Positions 10,196 through 23,149 of a stretch of DNA of 44,351 bases are shown here, one piece after another. The stretch covers positions 53,214,138 to 53,258,488 of the forward strand of contig NC_057718.1 in the NCBI RefSeq assembly GCF_004010195.1. The letters are read 5' to 3'. Made by a program: the position numbers and the translations under genes. This DNA comes from Chiloscyllium plagiosum. Taxonomy: Eukaryota. Below the pieces are notes generated by a model. It saw only the letters and a program-made list of their open reading frames with translations, had not been told where the DNA came from and searched no databases. How positions within the stretch are numbered: position 1 is the stretch's first letter; each line of letters opens with the position of its first letter.

Positions 10196-12492
10196 GATTT
10201 GATTTGATTTGGTTTGATTTATTATTATCACAAGTACCTAAGTACAGTGAAAAGTGTGGTTTTGTGAGCAGTACAGGCAGATCATAGCAAACAAGAACAA
10301 ACAGTCATAGGGTGCTTCGACAGAGTGAGGCATACAACATTGCAACTGCACAGGAGATGCACAAAAGCAAGATCAACATTAGATTTGAAATTAGAGAGGA
10401 CCATTCGGCAAGAACAGCAGGGAAGGAACTGTCCTTGCGTGTGTGTTTAAGTCTCTATATCTCCTGCCTGATGAAAGAGATTGGAGGAGAACATTACTGG
10501 GCTGGGAGGGGTCTTGATGATGCTGGCAGCATTCTGCAACAATGAGAAATGCAGATGGAGACTATGGATGGACTTCTGTGATGGTTTGGGCTGTGCACAC
10601 AATTTTCTGTAGTTTCTCATGGTCCCGTGCATGAGCAATTGCTGTAACAGGTCATTATGCACCCACATAGAATGCTTTCTATAGTACACTTGTACTATAG
10701 AAAGTACAGGTTCATAAGGATCCTACTGAACATGTTGAATGACCTAAGCTGCCTGAGGAAGAAGAGACATTGTTGAGCCTTCTTGACCGTTGCCTCCATG
10801 TGGAAAGTCCAGGACAGATTGTTGGTTATCGTCACTCCTGGGAACTTAATGCTCTCAGCTCTCTCCACTTCAACTCTGTTGATATAGGTAGGGACATGTC
10901 CTCCTCCTTTCTTTCTGAAGTCAATGATCAGATCTTTTGTTTTGCTGACATTAAGAGAGAGATTGTTATCATTGTACCATGACACCAAGCCATCTGTCTT
11001 CTTCCTGTACTCTGACTTATCATGGTTTGATATCCGGCCTACAACAGTGATGTCACCAGCGAACCTGTCAATGATGTTCGTACAGAATTTGGCAACACAG
11101 TCGTGGGCGTACAGGAAATACAGTAAGTAGCAGAGTACCCATCCTTGCAGGACATCAGTGTTGAGGATTATTTTGGAGGAGGTGCTGTTGTCTATCTTCA
11201 CTGATTGCGGTCTGTGGGTCAGGAAGCTGAGGATCTAGTTGCAGAGGGTGGAGCCTAGACCTAGGTCTCAGACTGTTGAGATTAGCCTGGAAGGAATTAT
11301 GGTGTTGAAGGCAGAGCTAAACTCAATGAGTAAGAGCCTGATGTAAGACTCCTTGCTATCTAGATGTTCCGGCAATGAGTATAGGGCTAGGGAAATGGCA
11401 CCTACTGTGGAACTGTTTTGCCAGTAGACAAATTGCAGGGGATTGAGACAGGCTGGAAGGCTGGAGTTGATGTGGGCCATGACTAATGTCTCAAAGTATT
11501 TCTTGAGAATTGACAGGATGCAGAGCTGGGCTGAGTAGTGACAGATGGAGTTCATTTTGAAAGGTTGAATTAAATGCAGACTAAAGGCTTGATTCGTGGC
11601 AGTGTGGAAGAACAGACGGATCTTGGGGTCCATGCCCATAGATCTCTCAAAGTTGCCACCCAAGTTGATATGATTGTTAAGAAGGCATATTGTTGCCTTT
11701 CACTAGCAGGGAGATTGAGTTTAAGAGCTGTGAGGTTATGCTGCAGCTCTATAAAGCCCTAATTATACCACACTTGGAATATTGTGTTCAGTTCTGGTCG
11801 CTTCATTATAGGAAGGATGTGGAGATTTAGAGAGGGTGCAGACACGATTTACCAGGATGCTGCCTGGACTGGAGGGCAAGTCTTATGAAGAAAGCTTGTG
11901 GGAGCTAGGGCTTTTCTCATTGGAACAAAGAAGGATGAGAAGTGACTTGGCAGAGGTGTACAAGATGATGAAAGGCACAGACAGAGTGGATAGCCAGAGA
12001 TTTTTTTCCCAGGGAGGAAATGGCTATCACGAGGGGGCATACTTTTAAGGTGATTGGAGGAAGGTTTGGGGAGATGTCAGAGGTAGGTTCCTTACACAGA
12101 GGGTGGTGGGTGTGTGGAATGCACTGCCAGCAGTGGTAGTAGAATCAGATACATTAGGGACACTTAAGGGATTCTTGGAAAGGCACATGGATAATAGTAA
12201 AATGAAGGGCGTGTAGGTTAGTTTGATCTTAGAGTAGGCTAAAAGCTCGGCACAACATCGAAAACTGAAGGGCCAGTACTGTTCTATGTTGTATGTTGTA
12301 TGTTAATTCTAGTGGTCAGAGCCACTGGGCAGTCGCTGAGGTACATTGCATGTGTTTCCTTTGGTACTGGGATGATGGGGGTCTTCTTGAAGCAGGTGGG
12401 GATTTCAGATTGTAGCAAGGTGAGCTAGTCACTTTCCTCAGGTTTACTCTCAAAAAGACCAAGCTGAAGTCTGCAGTAGTGACAGAGGGAAC
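10196..12492 (-). mobile_element. Rex1/Babar-clade LINE, 5'-truncated and interrupted by CR1 copy B
   Basis: ORF 10695..11201 has LQGWVLCYLLYFLYAHDCVA..RFAGDITVVG..LNVSKTKDLIIDFRK. ORF 11268.. has LNPLQF..FSSAFNTI. 12310-12420 gives IPTCFKKTPIIPVPK. It has a (CAAAT)n tail and an AGGT duplication at 10192-10195 and 12493-12496. Confidence 0.9.
11512..12304 (+). mobile_element. CR1 LINE (copy B), 3' end, nested in Rex1
   Basis: ORFs 11574.. and 11836.. ([17 protein letters not shown]) with a tail TTCTATGTTGTATGTTGTATGTT. AATT is duplicated at 11508-11511 and 12305-12308. Confidence 0.92.
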
Positions 12493-12860
12493 AGGTTTAT
12501 AAACTTATTAGAGGCATACATAAGGTGAATCATCAAGGTCTTTTCTCCTAAGGTAGGGGAGTCCAAAAGTAACTGTATAGTGTTAAGGTGAGAGGGGAAA
12601 GATTTAAAAGGGACCTGAGGGGCAACCTTTTCATACAGAGTGTGGTGCATGTATGGAATGAACTGCCAGAGGGAACGGTACAATTGCAATATTTAAAAAA
12701 CATTTGGACAGGTACATGAATAGGAAAAGTTTAGAGAGATCTGAAGCAAATGCAGGCAAATGAGACTAGATCAATGCAGGAAACCTGGTCGGTATGGCTG
12801 AGTTGAACCCAAGGGGCTGTGTCTGTGTTGTCTGACTCTATGTCTCTCTCTGACTTTCTA
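12493..12860 (+). mobile_element. CR1 LINE (copy A), 3' part resuming after the Rex1 insertion
   Basis: AGGTTTATAAA continues the sequence broken at 10195, followed by a CR1 3' UTR and a GACTCTAT-type tail. Confidence 0.85.
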
Positions 12861-14247
12861 TCTGTCTTGGGCCATCTGGGAATATTTTAATCCTGAATGA
12901 TGGGCTGCAACAGGTTGGCTGGTATTAAAAATTCAAAACTAAGTAATAAAAAGACCACTTCCCTTCTCTAATTTCACAAATCTCCTCCCTCCTGCTGCCC
13001 AAAACATGCCTACTTCCAGTCATGATGAAAGATAGTTTGGGTGAAGATGCACTTGTTTATAAAGTTGGCTCAATCTTGTAAGTATGCAAGCATGTTTACA
13101 TACTTTGGTAGCTGTCAAAGTGCATGGCCCAAAATTGAACTGCATGGGGTGAGGGTAGGCATTAGGTTTCCAAAGATCCTGGACACCTGATCGCTGAAGA
13201 AAGTCAAATGCTGCATCCAACAATGAGGAGGTTTCGCATCAATGCTTGTATGCCAGAAGAAGCAAGAAGTGTGCAGGAGTGTGCTTCCCAGTTAAGTAAA
13301 CCTGTTCTGTTGTTGCCACCTCACATCATTCCTCTCAGAATTCTAACTTCACAATCTCTCTTCGCCAACCCAGAATTCCGACCCTCCGCACTGGGGCCTT
13401 CAAACATAATTCCATTTGCTCGATAGCAAGCCACAATCTGGGCTGGGAAATGCAGAAGGAAAACACTAATGATGTCCCACCATTACATTTAGCTGGATTT
13501 CAGATTTACTCATTTCTGTTAACTTTATTTCCTTGGATTCTTGGCGGATTGCCTGCAGGAACCCTAACACCTGCCCCAGCTGTCTCCCTGACTGTTGTAA
13601 ATATTGAGGTCAAACTATTCTAGGTTACAGATGGCACAACATTTTGAGAAAAGTAGAATATTGGAGGAAGGAGATAGATGCCAAATTATTTTTAGAGACA
13701 TAAATGATTCAGACAGAAGGTAAAACAATGTAGCTGCTGCTAAAATAACTGGTTTTGCCAAAGCAGAAACTATAGGTATCATTGGATCTCAGTGAGAAAG
13801 GAAAAGTTCATTCTGTTGAGATTCTGTCATTATGTTAAGCAGGATTCTGTGGTATCTACATTTACTGGTTTTCCAGCTGCTACTGCCCATTCTGTCCTTT
13901 CAACTCTTGAATATAGAGGTTAATGTTCCCAGGGTCACCACAGCCCTAAAATGTTTGGATCTTTTACCGACTTGCTCTCATAACAAAGCAATTTTTCTCT
14001 GACTATTCAAGACCATTTTTAATAAAGCGGTTGTCCAAATATAAAAGAATGATATATTTTGCATTGCAGTGTCTTTCCCATTGAGCACACATTTCATTGA
14101 GACATTTATTTTGCATATTCCATCTTGCATTTCCTTGGACAGTTTAATTTACCACCATAAATTACCAAATGGAAAAGCAGAAAATGCCATTTTAATGGCT
14201 GGATTGTAATTACTTTGCAATTACTACCTAAATAGTCTTAGGGAGTA

Positions 14248-14518
14248 ATTCCAACCCAAGTGCTGTCTGTGGGCATGATTTATCATTAAAAATGCAACAT
14301 TATTTGAGCAGTTATTAATAAGGAAGGACTGAAACAGAGTACACAGGAGCTCAGATGTACTATTCTAAGAAATGTCACAATATTCCAGCCCAAGTGCCTG
14401 TCTGTGGTACATGATTTATCATTAAAAAATTGAACATTATTAGACTAGATATTAATAAGGGAGGACTGAAGCACAGAACGTGAGAGCTCAGATGTACTAT
14501 TCCAAGTAATGTCACAAT
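14248..14518. repeat. Diverged tandem duplication of about 134 bp
   Basis: ATTCCA(A/G)CCCAAGTGC..CATGATTTATCATTAAAAA..GAGCTCAGATGTACTATTC..AATGTCACAAT starts at 14248 and again at 14382. Confidence 0.92.
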
Positions 14519-15285
14519 GCAGTTTTCTGCCCATGATTAAGAAAACATTGACTTCCTGAGCTTCACTGTGCCATAATGTAAAGTTGCCAAGAAGAGACCA
14601 GCTGCTTCCCCACAGGGAGTAAGGAAAAATCTGAGGAGAATCACACTAGGTTGCTGACATATATCTTTTTGTTGCCAATTATAAAGTGCCATTGTCAGAG
14701 ATCTGGGAGCAGTCGCCTCAGTTGAGAAAACATGGAAACAGAATGAATTAGTTTTTTTTTCAAAAATAACCCAGTGAAGAAAAATTTAAAAAATTGAGAA
14801 ATAATAGTTCTTCAATGAAAGAAAAATCTTGATTGTTTTGAATTGGTACGACTTGGAATCTAACACACTAAAAAATATTAAAAATTAGTTTGGCTTCTGA
14901 ATTTATCAATAATTTGTTGACATTTAGACGCATAAGATTTGATCATTTGCAAAGATGTGAGTGTTTGGCTAACATAGTAGCTTAGCAAACACAGTCAGAT
15001 GTCATATGTGGCATAATGTCAAGTCCTGTATTTGCTTTAAGCAATGGGGATTCTTTAATAAATATTGTCCCTGGGTACTGATAGTGTAGATATGACTAAC
15101 GAGGCCTAGATTTAGCAGAGGGACAGTGATAGTGTTGGACCATTAACAAGTTCTCTGTACAACAAATAACATCCAAACAACAACAACAGTGAAAGCCAAA
15201 GCATTGTGTTGCTTTTAATTCATTGATATATTTTTCCTTCAAGTCTAGCACTGAGGTCATTTGCAGACTGCACATTATGTAGCAC

Positions 15286-15737
15286 GAGCTGGATTTTACA
15301 GGACATCGTATTCCCTATCATCCCACGAACAAACTGTTTGTCAGTCTTGCATCTCCAAAAGACAATTGCCCCACAATTATTTTACATGAGACTTCTACTG
15401 CTCCCTGGTATAAAAGCCAAGCCTTCTATAAAATTGGCCGGTAATTCTGTCATCTCAGCACTGCCATGTTTGAGTGGGGTTACTGCTGAGACCACAGGCA
15501 ATCTCAAGGGGGGAGAAGTAATGAAGCCGAGACTTCAAGGTAGCTCTGGGTTCTAACGGGCCTGGTTGGAGGAGCCCAATGAGGCATCGAAGTGGGGGAT
15601 GGTAAGCTTGGTGAGATTATGGAAAGGCTAAAAGGTGTGTGCCTGTGCACTGGGGCAGGGGACCCCAGCAAAGGAGGTCCCCTTCCTCCTTGTCCAACAA
15701 CAGTCCATATAGCAATAGCTGCTGTAAATATATGGCT
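15286..15737. mobile_element. Possible old MITE-like DNA transposon relic
   Basis: Imperfect terminal inverted match of GAGCTGGATTTTACAG (15286) with CTGTAAATATGGCTT (15722). No TSD resolved. Confidence 0.3.
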
Positions 15738-15826
15738 TAGTTTGAGGTGTTCAGAAGCCTTTAATGATATATTTGTTTCAGTTACTTATAATACAATGCT
15801 ATACTTAACCATTAACTAGCACAGTG

Positions 15827-16519
15827 TGTAGTGTAACCCTTGTATGTACGAACAAACAATGGAAAAGTACTGAGTACATCTGACTTGTAAAGATGTGCTG
15901 ATGTGACCACACGATAGAAAAAAAACCATTAACGCAGATCAGAATGTGCTAGACTGATTCCCATATCTGGGAAAAGAACCTCATGTACTAACGGCTTAAT
16001 GAGAGCGGCCATAGTTGCGGTCAGGGGAACGAGATAAACAGCAAGGGTGTTACCGCCCTGTGCGTACAGATACGGGATGTGTGGTGCTCTCTGGTTGCAA
16101 GAGGATGTCACGTGGAAACTGTTTCGCGCACAAGAGGAGGTCACGTGGAGACTGTTTCGTGGGCAGAAGGAGGTCACATGGGGTTAGACATCCAGGAACG
16201 CGAGAAGGCGGAGAATGGAGTCAGATCAACAGCCAATCAGAAGACAATCCCACCTCAGTGATTGCATGACGTTCTGTACTGTATAAAAGGCTGGGTCAGG
16301 GATAGGAATAGGTCGGACTTCGTGAACTGACACACTTTGCTCTTTGTCAGGGATGGGAAAACCTAGACCCAAAGCTCTGTATACTTTATCCACTTACTGC
16401 TAAAATAAACTAAGAGTTTGAGACCGAATAGCTTCTTCTATTGCTTCATTGAAAGAACACGCAGGACTCGGCTCACACATAGAGGAAAGTAAGCTGGTAG
16501 ATTGAGCCCAAGTCCAACA
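15827..16519 (+). mobile_element. Solo LTR (ERV- or Gypsy-type), relatively young
   Basis: TGTAG...CAACA termini. Order is U3 direct repeats, CCAAT at 16233, TATAAAA at 16282, AATAAA at 16404. CpGs are retained in a CpG-poor background. No clean TSD found. Confidence 0.8.
16099..16288 (+). promoter_or_regulatory. LTR U3 promoter: 33-bp repeats with E-boxes, CCAAT box, TATA box
   Basis: GTCACGTG at 16107 and 16140, GTCACATG at 16173, AGCCAATCAG at 16231-16240, TGACGT at 16267, TATAAAA at 16282-16288. Confidence 0.65.
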
Positions 16520-17134
16520 CTGCCAATCAACCTGCTTGGCTTCTGCCTTCCATTGTCACAAGGAAAATAGTCCCCTTAAAACAGGCCACTGTAATACAGG
16601 AGATGAGATGTGTAGGAAAGCCATGTATTTTGTATTACAAGCTCTCCCACCTTCAAAGGCAACAGCTGGGAGAGGTTTTGACATAAAATTCAACTCCATG
16701 GATGAATACATTTCCGCCATTGACAGCAATATCATGAGAGGACAATATAATTATAGACGCTGCTGTTGTTCCTACATCTAAAAAGATCACCACTGGACAA
16801 CTGGTGTCACCTGGAGATTGGTATAAATGCTATACATTATGTCATCCCATTTCATTTGAACAAATACTTCTTTATCTGAATCTGTGTATATTATGTTGCA
16901 ATACCTAAGGAAACAAAAGAGGCAAAGTCTGTTTTACTGTAATTCTAAAAATGCTTAATTTAAAATAATGCATTCTGCCATCCTAACTTGATGGGATATA
17001 AAAATATGAACAATCAAACCAGGGTGGCTTCTCCCTCAAAACCCTTGTGAAATAATCATGGTCAGAAGTAGAGTCTATCTCTTTGAATCACGGAGTACAC
17101 AGATAATGAGTATTGACTGTAGTACTGGGGCAAA

Positions 17135-17283
17135 TTACTGCAGATGATGGAATGTATACTGAAAACAGAAAAAAGGAATGCTGGAAATCACAGTGGGTCA
17201 GGCAGCATCCATGGAGAGAGAGAGCAAGCTAATGGTTTGAGTCTAGATGAAGAGTCATCTAAACTCAAAACCTTGGCTTGGCT
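17135..17283. mobile_element. Penelope-derived fold-back element (second family), decayed hammerhead core
   Basis: CTGCAGATGATGG..GGTCAGGCAGCATCC end motif. Hairpin TTTGAGTCTAGATGA (17236-17250) with TCATCTAAACTCAAA (17255-17269). GATGA-A-GAGTC-ATCTA-AACTC-AAAAC is an HHR-like remnant. Confidence 0.7.
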
Positions 17284-19679
17284 ATAATGCTAACACATAG
17301 CAGTGGTAACAACACCTACAAATGTGGTACATAACAGATGATTTCCATAGTCAATGCTTACATATTGGGGCTGTGCTAACAGGGACCCCAATGATGGATT
17401 CCTGAGACTTGCTTATGGCAATAATCTGTTCCCACTAGCTTAGATATCATTTCCATGGAGAAACGTAAAAGTTTCAGTACAAGACAATCATTTTACAAGA
17501 TCACAGAAAGGTGACATGGAATTTGTAAATTTTGAACATCTTTAGATACTTCAGAATGCTGTCCAGATTGTATCAAAGGAGCTATTATGACTGAAATAAG
17601 TAATACAATTCTTAAATATTTTATTATCATGCAGCCTGTAATGCATTTCTAGTAAGTGTATGTACATTATCAAAGTTATTTTATAACAATAATGTACTTT
17701 TTATGATATTTATAGCCTGTTTCAGATTTCCCATCATTAATCACTGAGAACATTTCAGCTACTCCAAGGTGAGTGGGGAACGGATGAATCAGATTATGAA
17801 TTTTACCATAATTATATCCTTTCTTCCAATCTAAATGCAGCAATCTCTTGAAGCAAGTGCATTGGTGAACACTTGAGCAGAATACTGTTGCTGACAGTTT
17901 GTGGAATTCTGATCTGTTGTCAATGATTTGGCCTTCTGACCTTTTCTCCATTTGAAAACAGGTAGAGATTTTCTGAACAAAAGATGGGCACCCCCAATGG
18001 AATTCAATTAGTCAGAATGATAATTGAGTCCATTGTATTTCTGTGTGATTTCCAAACAGGTAGCCCACAATACTTCCATTCAACATTACACAAAATCTAT
18101 TGGAGAGGGATTTTAAAGGGGTGTCTGAGCCCCATGTCCAGTAGCACAAATTGAACTTTAATCAGAGCCCCTTCACCATGTATGGGAGAGGCCAGAGACC
18201 ACTTTTAATCCGTCTTTCACGTGGGGCTCAGCTGCCCTTTTAATTATGGCTCAGTTTGGAGTAGAGGTCAATGACATTCTACCATTTCCAATAAAGTACA
18301 AGATATTTGTACATGCCACATTAAAATGTTTACATGCAGCATTGGCATCAGTGCGTGCCACATCCCCTCTGAGCTATACTTCCAATCCTCTGAATACACA
18401 ATCAATGATGGATGACTTCATGGTCAACCCTAGGCCCTTGCATCACCTCGTGATGTTTGGCAGACACTCTGTCACCCTGTCCCTGGGCTCTTACAATATG
18501 TCTTATTGACCAAATTCCAACATCAATTCTTATGTCCCTTCCTAGACATTTGCTAGCTACATCGTATACTTGCTTATTACTAATGAATTTTCAAATTCGG
18601 TCATGCAATTCATTGTCCTTGCTGACCTTAGCACAAAGATTGAAAAAAGGATGTTAATTTCTATCAATTGTTATAATATTTGTAATATCAACTGCAATAT
18701 AAAGTTATTTGTAAACTTATGCATAGTTACACCTAATACTACAATTCTGTGTCAAAGCTAACAATTTCAGGAACAGCTTCCCTTTACATGACTTGAAAAA
18801 GTCAAACAAACCCAGTCTGTCTATCTCATAGCTATCTTTACAACTTCTTCTATTTTTGCACTCTGTAAGATGATTTAAAACAGAAATTTGATGACTTCAT
18901 TGTCATTACTTTAAATACTTTTCTTATAGCACCTATGCAAATCTTATTGATCGGAATGAAATTCAAGCACTTTTATAGCTCCATCAAAGTCATTAAAAGA
19001 AGCTTATTTGGATTCTTTAAGCTGTTCATTAGGTACAAAGTGGTAATTGCATATTCTCTCGAGGTCATAGTGACACTGTTTCACAAGTGTTTCTGCCCAC
19101 CCCCATCCCAGCTATGTTATTTGTCTCTTATGGGGTTATCTTGTTTATACTTTTTCATTGCTCTAGACTTGCTACTAATGGAGAAAAGGTTCCTGCAATA
19201 GTATTTATCGAAACTAGGCTGACTGCCTACAGAAATTGAATTACATTTTTCAGTGTCAAATACATTCAAGCTGCTATATTTGTATGATGATATTTATCTA
19301 CTCTAATATGTAATTATAATTATTTAAAAGGCTGCATCGAAAGTGGGTCATGTTTTCTCTTTCTATTTTTGTATAAAATCAAAAATTTCAAATCAGATGG
19401 TTTTCACCCAAGTTACTTCATCAGAGTCTTGCAGTCAGCATTGTAGCCCCATTTTACTAAGACTCAGAGACATGACTTTGCCTGTGTTGGCCATGATGTT
19501 TGAGCTAATGCTGCATTAGCTACAATTTTCTTCCACCAATTTATGTCAGTTAAAAAAAACTGCAAGCAGCCATTTTGTCCCATTCTGCCATGGGTATCTA
19601 CGATATCCATTTAACAACTTCCATTTCAAGATAACAAGTGCTGTTTACATAGATTTATGCATGTTGATTCTGGAGTGGG

Positions 19680-19835
19680 AACATATAATTGAGAAAAAAA
19701 GTAGGTTATTTGACCTTTAAAGCCTTCTCCAAAATTTTAGTAAGGTTATGGCCTCAAATCCACCCTCCTATTTATACCTAAAGCCTTGTCAATCAAACAT
19801 CTATTGAACTCTAACTTAGAAATAACTGATTGAGG
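19680..19835 (-). mobile_element. Old CR1 3' UTR fragment
   Basis: AACATATAA..AGTAGGTTATTTGACC..AAGCCTTCTCC..TAAGGTTATGGC resembles an antisense CR1 tail (compare 41750-41800). Confidence 0.45.
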
Positions 19836-20094
19836 GTAGTAGAGAATAACAAGTGACAATTCTGATTCTTTCTTTTCCACTTTTACAAGTAAGGTTGCTC
19901 ATTCATGTTGTTTTTTTTTCAAACAATTATTAAGGCTAGTCATTTTTCAGTCTGCTTACAGTTCAAATCTGCTCCTTTGAATTAGGTGCCATCTTGTCAT
20001 AGAAAGACAAGTTGTTTTGACATTGTATACAAAAGGAGCACAAGCAGTAACTGACATGCAGTACGGCATATGACATTCTGGAAACTAACTAGAA

Positions 20095-20610
20095 CAGTCC
20101 CAGTCAATTAGAAGTTGGCAAATGTAACCACACATCATAGAAAGGGGGAAGTGAGGAACTAAAATATTGCAAACCTGCTAGCTTGGTATTAGTCATCAGG
20201 AAAGTGCTGTAATCTATTCTTTAGAAAGTCTTAACAATAGACAGAAAAAAATCATAGAATGATCAGATGAAGTCAACACAGTTTTACAGAAGTTAAATTC
20301 TGTTTAACAAGTTTATTATAGATTTTTGGTGATTAAAGTAGTAAGATAAATAAAAGGAAACCAGCAAGGAAAGAAAGTAGCATCTTTGAAATTCCACACA
20401 CAATCAATAAGACACCACATTAAAAGTTAATACAGAAAATAAAACATGGAAATAGAGGTGATGGGGCACAATATATTGACATGGACAGAGGATTAGTTAT
20501 GGATATGAAGCAGAGATTAGGGATAAACAGAACATTTTCATGTTAGCAGACTGACTAGTTGAGTGCCACAAGAATCACTGCATGGGCCTCAGATACTTAC
20601 ATCCTTATCC
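20095..20610 (+). mobile_element. Heavily decayed CR1 RT fragment
   Basis: Remnants of P.DWK.ANVTP..KKG, SQHGF..GKSCLT and VPQ.S.LGP motifs, broken by stops and indels. Confidence 0.65.
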
Positions 20611-20846
20611 TGTGCCATGGAAATAGGAATTGGGCAAACTAAAACACTGAACCCTGTAACACACCGTTAGTTGGCAGAACATAAGCCCAATTGCTTGTTT
20701 CCCATTAGTTAGTTTATCCTCTATCTAAACTAATATATTATAATTGACATTTTCTTGTGTGGTAAACATTGTCAGGCACTGTCTTTGGAAATTCATAAAC
20801 AATTCATCTACCAGCTTTGGGTATTCACTCTTCATGCCATGTCCTC

Positions 20847-21515
20847 AGATAGGATAGTGAAGAAGGCGTTTGGTATGCTTCCCTTTATTGGTCAGAACAT
20901 TGAGTATAGGAGTTGGGAGGTCATGTTGTGGCTGTACAGGACATTGGTTAGGTCATTTGTGGAATATTGTGTGCAATTCTGGTCTCCCTCCCATAGGAAG
21001 GATGTTATGAGACTTGAAATGACTCAGAAAAGGTTTATAAGGATGTTTCCAGGGTTGGAGAGCGAGAGCTATACGGAGAGGCTGAATAGGCTGGGGTTGT
21101 TTTTCCTGGAGTGTCAGAGACTGAGTGGTAACCTTATAGAAGTTTATAAAATCATGAGAGTCATGAATAGGGTAAATAGACATGGTCCTTTCCCTGGGGT
21201 GGTGGAGTCCAGAACTAGAAGGCATAGATTTAGGGTGAGAGGGGAATGATTTAAAAGGGATCTAAGGGCACCTTTTTCACACAGAGGGTGGTGCATGTAT
21301 GGAATATGCTGCCAGAGGAAGTGATAGAGGCTGGTACAATTAGAACATTTAAGAGGCATCTGGATGGGTATATGAATAGGAAGGGTTTAAAACAATATGG
21401 GCCAAGTGCTGGCAAATGGGACTAGATTAGTTTAGAATATCTGGTCAGCATGGACAAGTTGGACCGAAGAGTTTCTGTGCTGTATGACTCTCTGTAACTC
21501 TAACTCTAAGACTGG
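20847..21515 (+). mobile_element. CR1 LINE 3' end
   Basis: ORF 20755..21249 DRIVKKAFGML..LYRTLVRSFVEYCVQFWSP..RRHRFRVRG, then 3' UTR and a GACTCT-type tail. Confidence 0.93.
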
Positions 21516-21679
21516 ACTCCCCTCTCCCTGGTATGGCATGAGAAAAAGTAGGAAAGGTGAGAAATAATGCAAGAATGTAAAAAAACAGGCTTTTAACATT
21601 GAGAAAAATGTTCCCTGTTTTACCTTCAAGCCATAAATGGCACCTTCAGAATCTCACCATTGATTATTGATTACTTTAT

Positions 21680-21938
21680 TGCCACAGATTTGCTCTTCTT
21701 AAAAACTGCAACTTGCCTTATTTATATGCCACTTTCAGTGAAATGCAAATTCTCAACATGTCGGTCAGAGTGGATACCTGGTAGCTCCAGCTCACTGACA
21801 TACCTATCCCAGTCAACACGCAAACGCTTCTTCAGATATTCCAGAAGCATCATCCTCCTCAACACTTCAGCCATGTACATCAGCAACAATAAGCTACCAG
21901 CCTCGTCAAATTATTATGCCTGCTTTTGGACCATCTAG
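21680..21938 (+). pseudogene. Possible Penelope ORF N-terminal remnant
   Basis: ORF 21660..21938 spacing FL...C...P...KF...Y...FF.YSR.I...T.AM resembles my recollection of fish and shark Penelope N-termini. Weak support. Confidence 0.3.
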
Positions 21939-22079
21939 GTCACGACTTTAAACCTTCAATACTTTGAAACTCAGCAACTGTAACACCAGCAATTCAAAAT
22001 TACAAGTAGGTCAGTCTGGGTGCTGTGAACACATCAATCTGAAGTTGGACTATGGTCAGCTGTCTTTTCAAGTCACTCT

Positions 22080-22325
22080 TGGGTGTGGCCCACAGGCAGT
22101 GTTAGAAGTTTGGTTAAACCTGGTAAGGACAGCAGTTTCTTTACCTAAAGGACATGAATGAACCAAATGGGTTTTATGGCAATGGTTTCATGGCCATCAT
22201 TAGACTCTTAATTCAAGAATTTTATTGAATTTTGTTTCCACCACCATCTGCCATGGTAGAATCTGAACCTGGGAACCCAGTACATTTCCTGAGTTTCTGG
22301 ATGAATGGTTTAGTGATAATATAAT
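22080..22325 (-). mobile_element. tRNA-like head and 5' UTR of the 2503-5198 family (antisense copy)
   Basis: The reverse complement gives box B GGTTCAGATTC (22259-22269), then ACCATGGCAGATGGTGG..GAAACCATTG..GTCCTTACCAGG, collinear with 2530-2715. Confidence 0.75.
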
Positions 22326-23149
22326 AGTCAGGTGTCAGCCCTGGTATTCTGGGGGAAGCAAATAACTCAAACTCACTGTATGAGGTCACTCAGGGAATGA
22401 TGACAGTGATAGGGAGAATGGCAGATTGTCAAGTGGGACCTCATGATGAATGGGATGGGACTTCAGACTGGGAATTCCAGAAGTGAGAAATGGGTAGGTG
22501 GGAGTATGTCTTCAAATAGGTAACAGTAAATCAACAAGGGCACAGCAATTTCCAAATTTTAGCTTTGAAGCTAAAATAGGGTCTGTAATTGTTATGTAAA
22601 GGGATTTGATGCAAATAGATGAAGGTCATGGGGCCACTGGGAGAAAAATACAAAAGGGAGAATGAGGTGATGAAAAATCCGCCTTACAAGTATAGAGTCT
22701 GCAACTCACTCACACTGAAGCTGAAATGTTGCCATTTCAGGTTGACAGTCAATTGTGCAATAAGTGCTCAACCTGGCCTCCGCTGCATGTAAAGTGGCTA
22801 GAGTAAGGTATTGTTTATTTCTTCAGTGGCAAAGCAGAATTATTGGAAGTGAAGACCCTGCTAATGCAAATGCAGTAATCACTAATCAGTAATGTCACCC
22901 ATCTGACTTCAATTTACACTTCATCAGCAGGTGCTTCATTGTCTAAGAAATCACATTAAAAATGATGGACTCAAGCAATCATGAGCATTGCAATGTGCAA
23001 ACTATTTGGTCCTTGTTATGTCAGTTGAGTAGCTATACAGAGAACAAAACTCTTAAAAGTGAAACTTGAAATTTCCATTTTGCAACTAAATTTGGCAACA
23101 TGCACTAGAAGACATTGCTTTCACAGGAACCAACTTTGCAGACTGTAAT

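Noticed and set aside
16536..16781. 81-aa ORF just downstream of the solo LTR (possible gag start or LTR-driven gene)
   Set aside because: No PBS follows the LTR, there are no gag-like motifs, and the start codon is non-ATG.
17676..17951. 91-aa minus-strand ORF
   Set aside because: No recognisable domain or splice context, and the length is compatible with chance.
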